From Aplysia californica (Eukaryota): a stretch of DNA of 64,000 nucleotides. Both the position numbers and the translations under genes were made by a program. The notes under the pieces were generated by a model that saw only the letters and a list, made by a program, of their open reading frames with translations, was not told the origin of the DNA and searched no databases. Position 1 is the stretch's first letter; every line of letters begins with the position of its first letter. Location: positions 427,848 to 491,847 of the forward strand of contig NW_004797656.1 in the NCBI RefSeq assembly GCF_000002075.1. Direction: 5' to 3'. Shown piece after piece: positions 12,793 to 25,559 of this stretch.

Positions 12793-13922
12793 AAATTGTT
12801 GCATTATTCATTTTTTTCTCTGAGAGTGTTGTCTAATAGTAGTATAGAAGGTGAGGAGTAAACTCACCATCCATCCAGTCAGATGTTTTGGTTTGTACTG
12901 GGTGAAGCTTGCTTCAGACATTAAAAAATATGTTTACGATTCACCGCTTTTTTGGAGTGTTTTTTCTGTTAATACTACATGGTGACTGTGGCATGAGTTG
13001 GAGGGACTCTATGTACCATGGATGTCTTCTTCTAATTTTTTTTTTTTTTTTAAATGACATTGACAGTCATTGACCATTCATAAAAGAGAACATCATTTTG
13101 AATCAGCATCCCACTCCAACCGGACGGTATGGAAATAAATGTTTATAATTGTTTTGACTGATAATTTGAAAGCACCAAAATCAGGTGAGGTTTCAAAATG
13201 AATGAGCGTGGTTCTGGATCTTTTGCTGTTATTGTTGTTGAAATTTATTGTTGTGCAAGATTCAAGATAGGTCATTTCGAAGAAGGAGCATCTTTGGACA
13301 TTAATATTTTAGTTCCGGGGAGAACTTGAAAAATAATCTGGACTACACTAGAATTCAAACTTCAAACTTCTGCTTGAAGGATTGAGTTTGTAACCTACTG
13401 CATCACAGTGGTAATACCTTTTCAATATTTTAGTTACTACAGAGCAAAAAATGCAACATCATGTTGTCACATAGTCGCAAGATTTTTTGGACGTTTTTTT
13501 GTTTGCTTTAAGTGTAGGGCTTTTTTAGACAATGCGTTGAATGCACCTACTTTGTACTGGTCCAGAGAGACTGGATTCTAATACTAAGTGTTACTGTTTT
13601 TATATCGGCAACGGTGTTACTGTTTTTATATCAGCAAGAATTTGATTTCCCTTTTAACACAAGACATTTAAATATACACATCCTGACAAAAGTATTTAAT
13701 TTGCTCTCATTTATCATAATTTCTTCATCCTATGGAAATTGAAAAAAAAAAAGACAACAACTCTCTTCTGAGATTCGGGTAGTGTTCAGCCTTTGTGACC
13801 AAAAGTCTTAAATGACTGTCAAGAAGGAAATATTCATAGGCAACACCTCTCATCAAAATTTTGCTTCATGACTCTGCAACCATTGGCTGTGTCACTGGGG
13901 CATGTGTCAACACAGAAAGGCA

Positions 13923-14365
13923 GGGGGCTCTCGTGGTCTAGAGGGACGATGTTCACCTCTCATTCAATAGATCCTGGGTTCGAAACCTGACAGCAATGGA
14001 AAATTGTCTTCTCTAAAAAAATGTTCTCCTTTCACCTTTTCTGCTATCTAATCAGGTTCTGTTGTCTGCTTTTGTATCCACTTTCTGCCCCCCCCCCCCC
14101 CCCCCCCTTTTTGCACCCTCTGGGCTCCCAACTCCTTCTGCTGCCTTTTAACTTGGTTCCTTCTTACTGCTGTCTTCCAGCCACACCCCTGATCTGTGGA
14201 GAGGTAAGATCTAACGCCTAACCTTTATGGATAAGGGTAGACTTTGGCCACCATCAGTGCAAAATCCAAAATTAATTCCTACCAAACTGAAAATGCTTAA
14301 TGACGTTAAGTGTCCTGCGCGCTCATATGACCTTTTGCAGTTACGAGCGCTGTAAAACTTATTTT
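13923..14365 (+). mobile_element. tRNA-derived SINE family S2
   Basis: Head GGGGGCTCTCGTGGTCTAGAGG (A box) ... GGGTTCGAAACC (B box), pyrimidine-rich body, tail GCGCTCATATGACCTTTTGCAGTTACGAGCGCTGTAAAACT. Second copy at 57088-57583 (-). Confidence 0.75.
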
Positions 14366-14567
14366 AAAAAAACAACAACAATAGCAATAACAACAAATCA
14401 GACTGGCTGAAAGGAAAGGTCATCTCAAGATGACTGCGCTGGATATGTACAGCCATTCTCTTTTCCAGTCATAATCTATCTTCCTGGTCTTATTCTAACA
14501 TCAGATCAAGAAGTGTTTTTAATTAAGGTACACTGAACAGACAAAAACTTGTTTTAGAAAGAGTTTT

Positions 14568-14745
14568 TAAAAGTTTTAGTAGAGGTTTTACGGCGCTCGC
14601 AACTGCATAAGGTCATATGAGCACCAGATTAGAGGTGTTACAGGAGAGTAACAAACATAAAAAAGAAGAAGGGGGAGATAAGGAAGATAGATGTTTCATA
14701 GGAAAGAAAAAGCAAACCACCCCAGAGCACCCGCCAACCACCCAC
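14568..14745 (-). mobile_element. Headless ~175-bp retroposon family E (copy E1)
   Basis: Full-length copy flanked by AGAAAGAGTTTT/AGAAAAAGTTTT (12-bp TSD, 1 mismatch), inserted in the tail of copy E2. Confidence 0.75.
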
Positions 14746-14801
14746 AGAAAAAGTTTTACAGCACTCTCAACACAATAAGGTCATATAAGTGACGAAAATT
14801 A

Positions 14802-15127
14802 GGCCCGCCTCACATAGAACGTGACCTTTCACGTGTGACGTTTTACCACACAACTGCAACATTACGTGCCTCACTTTATCTGATCCCTAAAATCTAGGTT
14901 CTGTCATCCCCTCACGCCCAGCAAGGCTGCGAAAATGGATTCCTCTGATTAAAGAGGCATTGTTGACAATCGTGTTGTTAAAAAATGATTTTAAAAAGAT
15001 CAAGTGGATCCGTACCCATTTTCTGATGGAGCGCAAGGATGAAACTTTGTTCTTCAACTACAATCGAACCTGCCCTGAAGGCCACCTCTATAAGACGGCC
15101 ACGTGTACTAACCGGCCACTTCCCATC

Positions 15128-15164
<37 letters not shown>

Positions 15165-17149
15165 TTGCGTATTTTCTATATAATATAACTGTAAAACGGG
15201 CACCTGTCCGCCGCCGATACTTTATTTTATCAACCCAAGGCCAAATCTACCTACCTAAGACGGCCAGACTTTGTTAAAAATTATGCATTTTCCCCTGACG
15301 CTGTGGACAAGCCGTTATAATTAATTCACCTGTCGCTGTTGTTAGTCCCTCCAACGGATGAACGGTCATGTTGCTTAGGTCACTCCAAATGTTTACCCAA
15401 GTTCACCAATGGGTAACAATACATTTTCAGCTGCTGGTAAGGGAAGCGTGAGATCCGTCATAACCTATAAGGCCTGGCTGCAACTGTCCATAAACTCAGT
15501 CCATAACAAATGAAGTCAACGCAAACTCCAGACAGAGGTGTTGCTCGTTCGCCGAGTGGTAGCGACCCATTTGTTTGTTTTACTATGACACTTGGCCTTC
15601 CTCGTCTGAAACATTTGACTTTTCCCGGAACCATAATTTTAAAAAAATTATTTGTTTAAATCTAACAACAAAAAGTCCCACAAAATCCGTCCTACTTCTC
15701 CGCCCCCTTTCAAAAGAAATAAAACAAAAAGAACAACAACCACAAAAACACATTTTAATCAGCCCAAGGGCAGTCCTAAGCATGCAACCACCTCCAGTTG
15801 GGACCTCAGAAGTAAATAGTTTGTTTTCTTCATTTTGATCAGTCCTGCCTGAGACGGCCACTTTCCCCCTCGACAATACGTGGCCGTCTTACACGGGTTC
15901 GACTGCAGTCGAACCTGCTCTGACGGCCATCTCTATAAGACGGCCACTTTCCATTTTCCCCCTCGCGTTTTTTTTTCTATAACTGTGTAAAACGGGCACC
16001 TGTCCAACACGGCCGCCATATTTTAAAACACAACCCCTATCACACCAAACAATAACACCTATCTTAGACGGCCACCTTAGTGACGCCATTACGTTTTGTC
16101 ATAAATCGTGTATTGGCCCCTGGCGTTGGGACTGAGCGAGCCGTCATACTCCAATCACCTGTCGTTATTGTTACTTAGTCCCTCCAACCGATCATGTTGC
16201 GTAGGCCCCTCCCACTGCTGACCAATAGGTAACAAATTTTCAGCGGCTGGTGAGGTAAGCGTGTGATCCCTCATAACCCATAAGCCCCGCCCAGAAATCA
16301 TACACAAATCGTAAGTGAAATGAGTGGTCACTGTATACCCAGTCTGTAACAAAGTAACAACGGATGTCAACATGAACTTGTGACAGAACCGTCGCTCGTT
16401 CTCCGAGTGGTGGCGACCCATGGGTTTGTTTTACCACAGCACTCGGACCAATTCGTTTTATTGTCACCCTTGCACAAAAGCAGCAACAAAATACCCCCCC
16501 CCCCAGCGAAAACAACAACAACAACAATGCGGCTATTTTCGGTTGGGACCTCAGAAAGGAATGGTTTGTCTTCTTCATCTTAATCAGTCCTGCCTAAGAC
16601 GGCCATCTGTCTTATACGGCCCCTTTTCTCCTTGACAATGGGTGACCGTCTTACACAGGTTCGACTGTATTTCTGTTAGATCTGTTTTAGTTTGATTGAT
16701 TAATTAATTCTGGAAATAGCCGTAGTTAGCTGATGTCTGATATGCATCCACGGAAGAATCTGACTGCGCTGGGTATTTATATGTGTGTGGAAACTGAAGG
16801 ACATGTTTCTGCCTTTGAATGACGGCTTGAATAAAATCCATCTGTAATTTCATCAACTGACCGTCGTCGAACGAATCAGTGACATTATTGATCCAAAAAA
16901 GTCCAGTCTTGGGGAGTCATTTGGTACTCAACGCAGGGGATGACAAGACACGACTCAAAAAGAATCGGCATGCACATTCCTCCCCTCACGTGAACACACA
17001 CTTTACAACGAGACAAGCGTGAGGCAACTGCTTATGTGAGGAGTGCCGTTAAAATTCTACTGAACACTTTTGCTTACACACGTGACCCGTGTCTATTCAC
17101 ACGCGTGACCTGTCAATTGACGCTCTATATAGTCTATATGAGGCTGGCC
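14802..17149. mobile_element. PIF/Harbinger-type (Tourist-like) non-autonomous element
   Basis: TIR GGCCCGCCTCACATAGA / TCTATATGAGGCTGGCC with a 3-bp TTA duplication (14799-14801, 17150-17152). Confidence 0.75.
15061..16667 (+). mobile_element. Tandem dimer of Tc1/pogo-type MITEs (family F): 15061-15905 and 15906-16667
   Basis: TIR CAGTCGAACC/GGTTCGACTG, outer TA flanks, repeated (TA)AGACGGCCAC subterminal motifs and collinear interiors. Confidence 0.8.
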
Positions 17150-17558
17150 TTAGAGGTGTTACAGGAGAGTAACAAACACAAAATAGAAGGAGGGGAGATA
17201 AAGGACGTTAGATGTTTGATAGGAAAGGTGCAAACCACACCAGATCACCCATTCACCACCCACAGACAAAAACTAAAAATGAAACTTCATGTTAAAACCA
17301 AAAAAACCCCCAAAGCAGCAACAAGAGGAGTGTGATCGTAACTCGTTTAATGCTGGCAAAGCAACAGTTCATTGTGCAGAGTTTGATCAAATTCAAGAAA
17401 ACTATGTACACATACAAGTGTTATTTTGTAAAAGCAATACAACACACAAAGGCTCACATCAACAAATTCATTTCATCTTCTCACTTTTGTGGAACAAAAC
17501 CAAAAACCCAATAAAAAATAACTTAATGAAAATCACATAGCTCGGAGCAGAACAAGTA

Positions 17559-17949
17559 TGTGTGGTATGGTGGTGAAATCAGGCACTCGTCAAAATAAAG
17601 AAACTAAAGAAACGGACATCTATCTACCCGGTGGACTATTTAATTTTTATCCAATTTCTTTTTTGGCTAAACGTCTTTTATGTCCATTTAAAAACACATT
17701 TCATTGTAAATTTTACTTTAAAAAATGATCAAAGGTACACACTTTGAGAGCCATTTACTTGATGATTTTACCTGACAACAGGCAAGCCCCACATCCTTCA
17801 ATCACAAATATTTAACTTCTTCTATTCAAGATAGATGGATATATTTTCTAAATTAAAAGCAAGACAACTAAACCAGCTTTAAAATTATATGAGTAGTTCC
17901 ACACTCCCCAAAATTGACGAGCACCCGATTTTAACGTGTCATGACACAT
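17559..17949 (+). mobile_element. MITE family G copy
   Basis: GGTGAAATCAGGCACTCGTCAAAAT ... TTGACGAGCACCCGATTTTAACGTGTCATGACACA. Confidence 0.7.
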
Positions 17950-18077
17950 ATATTAAGAAATGAATATTCCATTAAACATCTCTACACAAAATGTAACTAA
18001 AATTCTGTAAAGAGAGACCTACGCTGTTCTCAGGTCAAACTGTTACAATTAAAATTAAAATCCAATCTCAGCACATC

Positions 18078-18409
18078 GTCATCGTTGATGCTATGTCAAG
18101 ACCTCTATACTTGTATCATCAGTATCCGACAAATCGTGTTTCCACCAAATTTGATCAAACACTGTTTTACGGGGGGGGGGGAGTAATTTCTTTCTTTTCA
18201 TCTCCCAGAATTGCTCAAATTTTTATGTAGGGTGGGTTTTTTTTTACTTACTACAGTATTACGAATTACAATTACTGATGTGAATACCATAATTTCAGAC
18301 TAAAGATGTGTTTGATCTAATTTGACGGATATATGGTTAAAGTCGCATACTGACGATATATGATAATAATATAAATAGATAAACACGAGGTCAGCACATG
18401 AGAATGACC
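18078..18409. repeat. Degenerate long inverted repeat (old MITE)
   Basis: ATCATCAGTATCCGAC...CAAATTTGATCAAACAC (~18115-18161) pairs with GTGTTTGATCTAATTTG...GTCGCATACTGACGAT (~18308-18357); weaker pairing extends outward. Confidence 0.55.
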
Positions 18410-19789
18410 ATGGCAAAATATGTAACTTCTTGATTCCAACATCTAGAAATGAAACTAAAAAAAATAAATAACTGAAATCACCTCTTCAAAAAAAAAAAAA
18501 TCATATATTCAAACAATTCAAAGCTTCCTTCAAAATTTAATAACTGGCTTCAAAACATGAAAGTTTCATGGGGATACTCATGGCACCTTTGCAAGCATAA
18601 TATTTCACAAGTTGTTATAATTATTTTTGAACGATCGGAAAAGTCCAATAATTAGGTAGACAACACTGATGATGGAATAATTCACTCTGATAAGTTTCAC
18701 CTTGAAATACTTTCTGTATCCAGAGACACTGCCAAGCACTCATTCTGAAGTACTTCAACAATTCTCCTGTGCAATCAAAATATTCCAAATATGACTTATG
18801 CAGTTTGCTACAGTCAGACTCAGATGTTTGGTTCATCATCTTATTTATTCGTATTTCCATTTTTATTTCTCTTTCTTACTGTTTGTGACTGTCAGTTTTT
18901 GTTGTGTGGTATTTCCTCTATACAGATCTATTTTCGTTTTTGTCCCCATGTCACCTACTAAATCTGACATCAAAACAAGTACAAATGCATGTTTTGAATT
19001 TGTTGGGTTCATGTATATTTAACATTTGTTCCATCCCTGACATTTTCACATATATGCAGTGTCATCTTTTTACAAACTTCAAACCAAGCCTTTCTACAGA
19101 AAGCCATCAGTAGCATAAGTTATACAGATGGTGCAAAACACACATAGTCTACCCCAAACAAAATCATTCCTACACACACACACACAAAAAAGATACACAT
19201 TCTCCTATTGGAAATGATCATTCAATACATGCTCAACTTGAAACCAATGGAGGTCAACATGTATTTTTCAACTAATATTCACCACAAAAAACAGTTAAAC
19301 AATAACATTAGAAAACATAATATCTTGACAATAGGTTGCTCATTTACTTCATTCAGTCGTCTTCATCAATCTCTCAGGATGACAAGTCTATGTAAACACT
19401 CTTCGAAAAATGTTAGGGACCACCGTTAAATATGTTTGCATTTTTCATACGACATTTATAAATGTATGTTATTTATACCTTTAGAAATGATACCTGCTAT
19501 ATTCGAGCAGTCAATTCAACAATGTGTAAATAACTTCATATTGTGCTTGAGTTGTGAACACGAGGCCTGTGCTAAAATGTGTGATTTCATAAAAAAGTAG
19601 CTTGTTTTTAAACGTTTCATAAAAAGAAATTATACTGCGTCTTAAGTGTATAAAGAGAACTTTCATGTGGTAAATCATTATGTTGAGTGAACACTACGCC
19701 CATGCAATAACTATAAAAGTAAAAGCACTTGAAATGAGTCAAAAATTTTATTCGCCAAACACTACACCTAGGAGAAAGTTGAATTCACA

Positions 19790-19990
19790 CGAGAATAGCC
19801 CTGATCTAAACCCAATTGAACATTTATGTGGGACAAGCTAGTCTGCCTTGTCATGGAAAATTACCCAGCTCCTTCACAATCTTTAGCCAGAGTGAAATGC
19901 TATTCAACAAGTGTTCCTAGCAAACCTGGTTCGGTCTATGAACAATAGATAGAGTGCTTAGCTAATTATTGAGGACACACTCGTTACTGT
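19790..19990 (+). mobile_element. Tc1 transposase C-terminal remnant
   Basis: Encodes NSPDLNPIEHL(W), the DD34E third-residue motif, and GHTRY at the C-terminus; frameshifted. Confidence 0.65.
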
Positions 19991-22248
19991 GCCTTGTATT
20001 GAAACCTCCATTTTGGTGATTTTTTTATTTTGGGGGGTACCCATTTCAACAGTACATATTGTTGTTGGAGTTGATTTGTTACAATGTTTGATATTATCAC
20101 AGGTTTCCTTAAAGGGGAGACGTAAACACCAGCAAAAATTTTCAAAAACGAAAGACTACCATTCACTTTCATGTAATTCTGCAAGAAGCTCATTCATAAA
20201 AATAAGATGTATTAAGGGTGAATTTCTTGATATGTTCCTGAAAAATGTGTCTTTGCGGCGGCCATCTAGAATTTTCAAACCAGTTTCTCAGTGTGGATGA
20301 ACGTCATAGAAAATATTGGAATTTCAACCTGAAATTTCGCACACCATTTCACTATCTGTAAAAAACCAGACTTGTTTTTTTTTTATCTCTTATCCTTTAA
20401 ATTCATAAAAGCATTTCTTTTTTCGAAGAGTGTACATAAAGCAAAACACACATTTCATCTTCTTCTATCGCACTTTGTTTACACTACACGACATCTACTA
20501 CCAAAATCTCCTGGGTTATAAGTTTTCTGCCCTGACTTGTTAAAGTTCTGGCACTCATTTTAGGAAACAGCAGAAACTGTGCTGCATGAGTTGACAATCT
20601 ACACACAGTGAACGTTACACTTTTTCCACAATTGCACCAAATTTGGATTTTCCACATACAGCACAACAAACTTTGGTGGGTTTTTTGGGGGGCTTTTTCC
20701 TGGGTCAGCCAAATAAACTTTCATAGGAACATACATATCTCCAAAGATGGCTCAGTCAGCAAGTAGAAAACTTGAGCATGGTTTCATATAGCTTCAACTG
20801 TAATAATGTCATTTTCAGAACCCAGAAGTACTTGAACCTCTATTTCTTTTAAAAAGGGGAAGTCACATACAGGCAACTGTACACATCTTTCACTTGGACA
20901 AAGCCACAGTTCACTGGACACACAATTACTCACACCAGTTTCACAGCAGACCGTATCTTGAGCACATTAGAGGTAAAAAGACCCTCTTACTTCATAGTTT
21001 GACAAATGTACACTGGCCAGTCTGATGGTCTGTTCAAACAATGCAAATCTAGCAAGTCAATTAAGCTGCTACTCCACTTAATACTAAAACCTCTGTTACC
21101 AACTTCTGCATGCAATTCTTACAACATAATTTAAAGTTGACAACCTTGTCCCCACTACTGTTGCTGTATGCACCAACTCACGCACGCTTAATAAATATTT
21201 GCAGTATAATACATTACAATCTCTGATATTCTGATATGCGATGCAAATGATGTGATGACCTAGCTTTCATATGACAAAATTGCAGCATTCAAAATACATA
21301 CATGATGAGAGTACCTTTATATCTTCAGTGCATTAACATAGCAATTTATATCAATATCTCACTGCAGCCCAACAGGCAATGAGACAGGAAAGGATTCCCC
21401 TGTCGGCAGCAGTAAACCAGCAAAATGGTTAACAACAAACACCAAAACAACCACACAACATCAGAATACAAAAATATGAAATACTTATTTCACACACATG
21501 AGATGACGATGGACAAAGTCACTGACAAGAAAAACAGTTGCCCATGCATTATTATTATACAACGTTAATACTGTCTAGCACACACATGGCCAACAATTTT
21601 TCCAGTCCCGAATTTTTTTTGCACTATAACCTTTGTTTTTAATTAAAATACGCATATATAGCGAAATTTGTACACAACAAAAAGATTTCCATATCCCGTT
21701 GATTTCGCCATGTGCATGCTTGACAATAATTTTCTCACTGTACAGTACATATCAAGTTGTATCTCAAGAGCAGCCTCCTTCCCTCCCTCTAGCCCGCACA
21801 GGGAAACACAGTGGTCCCACTGGAATCACCACTTGCTAGACAGCCAGTTAAGTCAGGCATATGTCCCTGAGACCAATAACTACCATTAAAAAAACCCAAA
21901 ATAATGTGGTTGGCACATCTTTACCTGAACAACCCCTGCAGGAATGACTATTTAGAATCCATTTGAAAAGTGTTCATGTGTTCATACCATTCAAACATTG
22001 ACATCAACACAGAAATTTAATTTTTAACATGGACTGTGTACCTGCAGTCTTCAGCTCCATGTGCCTCAATTTGACAGGCCCAAGAGACAGCTAGTAAAAT
22101 TCCAAGTTAGTCTTCAGCAACTGAAAAGTTCCTGTGACCTTGTCCTTTGCGCTTGGTGAGAACTTGGAATGTAAGTACTACTAGTGGGATCACAGGCTGC
22201 TTCAAGACAACTACTTCAATAACATTACAAGAAAAAAAATATAGTTAA

Positions 22249-22554
22249 CCTGTTCCCTCTGCTGTTGACGTAAGGTGCACACCCTCAAAAGGGTCCCTCT
22301 GTGCAATACTGACATACATCAAAACAACTACGATGTTTGTCCACAGCATATCGTTGGTTATTGAAAGATTTTAGGACTTTAAATATAGGTGGTGTCTTCT
22401 GGGAAGAGTAACCATTTCTGAAACAACTGCAGATTAATGTTAACATCTTTGTCGATGTTGCGTGAAATTTGAATAGTGGATGTGAAAGTGCAAGGTTAGC
22501 AGGAAATTGTCTTAGGAGATGTGGATCTAAAAAGAAAGCTAGGCAGGGAACAGG
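22249..22554. mobile_element. piggyBac-like MITE
   Basis: TTAA|CCTGTTCCCT ... AGGGAACAGG|TTAT. Confidence 0.5.
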
Positions 22555-25500
22555 TTATTACACTAAAGTGCTGGTCCTACCAAATAGCATATATATCTTC
22601 TCCGGCTTCCGTCTTTCAACACTGGATACAAATTCCAACTGAGCTAATCACCAAAAATACATGGATCTGATTTAAAACCACACTGAGAGGGGAAACAACA
22701 ACATTAGCACCTGCAAGGAACAAACTACAAAGTAACCAGGAGATGAACTGATGATTTCATACAAGTAAATGCTGCATTAATAAATATTTGATCATCTTTT
22801 GGGACACAACGAGTCTATAGATTGTTTCTGTACTATAAATAACTGGCATAAAAACTAGTAACAAAAAGGTTGAAAAAGAAAGTTTTGTTTCTTAGTTAAG
22901 AGTCAAAGAGATGCACACTGGCGCAGTTAGTACAACTACAACAAAATGTTAAACAAAGGAAAAACAACAGATTAAGGTAACAAGTCTGGAGAATAAATAA
23001 AGTCCAAAGTTACCATGTACCCAACTCCCTTGAAAAATAAGAAAAGTACATGAAACAATTTTAATTGTCTTTGAGCACTTGTGACCCTTATATAAGAACT
23101 GTGGTATCAAAACCAAAATAATGAAGTCATGGGTTAATATGTCAAAGACTGATCAGGCTACAAAACTCAAGACACAGCAAATAATCGTTGGACATGGGGG
23201 TTGTGGTGCCAATCATGTACTAGTAATATCTACAATAATCAATAGTCACCCTCAAATTATATACGCACTCTCTTTTTCCGCCTCATCATTTTACACTCAT
23301 GAACTTGAAGCATTCACCCAAAGACCACCTCAAAATGCATTCAACAAAGCAAGCATGTGTTTTATTTTTTAAATCTATAAACACTACTTAACGGGTGGAC
23401 AAAGCACCCCCTCCTGCTTTATCATTATCAATCACTCCCCCCAACACAACGTGGGTGTGTGACACTCGTGATACTCTGCATAACTGTTCATGAGAGTATG
23501 CGAACCTGTAAGAGTTCAGAAGAAGTCAAACGCCTTTCTGGACACAACTTGAGTTGTTTCAAAAGTAGACCACTCAGTTACCCAACTCGAGAGGAGTGAG
23601 TTGAGATGAAAAACATTCTAGGACAGGAGACTAGAAAAATAAGGACTCCTCTCGATTACTTATGACCCATACTACAACAGGAATATAGTTAATCTAGGTA
23701 ATGCACGACAGAATTGTCATTTCACTTATGTTGGTCTCTCTTACCAAGGTTTCCTACATTATCTATCCTGTTCATACTATCTGTCTACATTTATTACTCA
23801 CAAGTTATCAAGCACAACCAGACTGGATACCTACTTTTGAAAATTGCACACAATGAAGCCCCCCCCCCCCAAAAAAAAACCAAAAAAAAAAACAAACAAC
23901 CACCAACAACAACAGAAAAAGAAATTTCAACTTGTAGGACTAGATTGTAGATTGCGCCAAGTCCGAACTCAAAATAAAAGAGGAAGAGAGTGACAAATGA
24001 GAACAAATATCAATAACAATCAAATATTACCACCACATAGATTTTAAAAAATTAAAATAGCAAACCCATTAAACAAGAATTTAAGAGAATTTCAAAAACA
24101 AATGTGCCATAAAATATATACCCTTTAGAGTCTACACAAGAAATAGGCCAGCAGCCACAAGGGGTCAAGAAAATAAAAAAATGATTCGAGGGGGAAAAAA
24201 GGACTTCACTTTGACACAAGACCATAAAGCTCCCAAGTGTCACCAACAAGCTGTTTCAAAACAGTTGGTGTGATAGTAAAGATTTTACAGCTTAGTGCAA
24301 ATGACAGCCAAATTGCATTGTGCATTTTGAATCATCAATATTGCAAAAATATACACAGCTGTGGTATAACCACTTGCGCAACTGTTTCTGTACACTAAAA
24401 AAAATTTGTTTAAAATAATTAATTTTAATATTCTTTAGCTTGTTCAATCATCCTGCTGCTTTTGGCAACTGTCACCTTTAAAACAAAAAAATAGTGGAAA
24501 AAACACACACAAAATATATCGTACACAATGATACACAATATTTGATACATCTGTTCACGTAAAACTCTTTGTATCCACAGCATTTAAAGGCCATACTACT
24601 GGAAAAGCCAAAATCCACAAACCTAGAGAAAAGATGAATTTGATAAAATGCACAAGATAGCACTATGTAAAAAACATTCAAGAGTTTTTTGTTGAGCACT
24701 GGCAGTCCTATGTAATAAAACATATCTGTCCTCATTTTGGACATCTGTCAAATGTTTGAAGACTCAGAATAACTTTTTAGTTATCAACCAATGACTATTT
24801 ACTTTGGCGGAACGGGGAGGAGGATTCCAAGATATATATGCTTTTGAAACAAGAAATAATTTTAAATTTCAATGCTCTAGGCACTGCTTCTCAATATGCT
24901 AGGTCAGGTAAAAAAATATAATTATTAAATTACAATTAAATTTCAACATCAAGAGTTCGCGCGATGTAACAGTGAAGAATGTTTTGCTCTGATAACGACA
25001 GATCATACATAAATATTGAGTTTAGAGGCGAGGAAGAATTACAGAAGCCGAAACAAATTGACTAGACATTGACATTCCCACATAGACATGGCCTTAAGTA
25101 ATTGTAACCCTTCTACAACTAAAGCCTAAAATAAAAGGCCTCATCTTAAACAGGCTTAAGTAGACCTTAAAAAAAATTATTGTACTGCATCCATCACTTT
25201 GTTATTGAACATGAGTATGGCCATCACTAAGAGTCATCAAAAGCAGCTGGGAGTATTCCATATTCCTGCATATATCACATCATATAGAAAAGCATACTCT
25301 TCCACACTACACACACCCACAAACTTCCTTTCTTCTGTTTGACATCTGAGAGCAGTGAACTTTAATACAACTCAGAAGTTTTTAAGCGATCAAAACAATA
25401 ATTTCAAATCCCATAACAAGGGTCGGGGGCAAGGCTTAAAATCAATAACAATGTAAGTCCAGGATCAGATTTGAACCACAGTAACGGCACCGTTAACAGC

Positions 25501-25559
25501 AACACCTCCATGCACTCTGTCCTCACATTCTTGCAGATTGCACACACACACACACACGT

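Larger units (their letters stand above)
14550..17263 (-). mobile_element. Family E copy E2, split by nested insertions
   Basis: TSD AGACAAAAACT at 14539-14549 and 17264-17274. The halves 14758-14801 and 17150-17263 rejoin into the E consensus. Confidence 0.75.
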
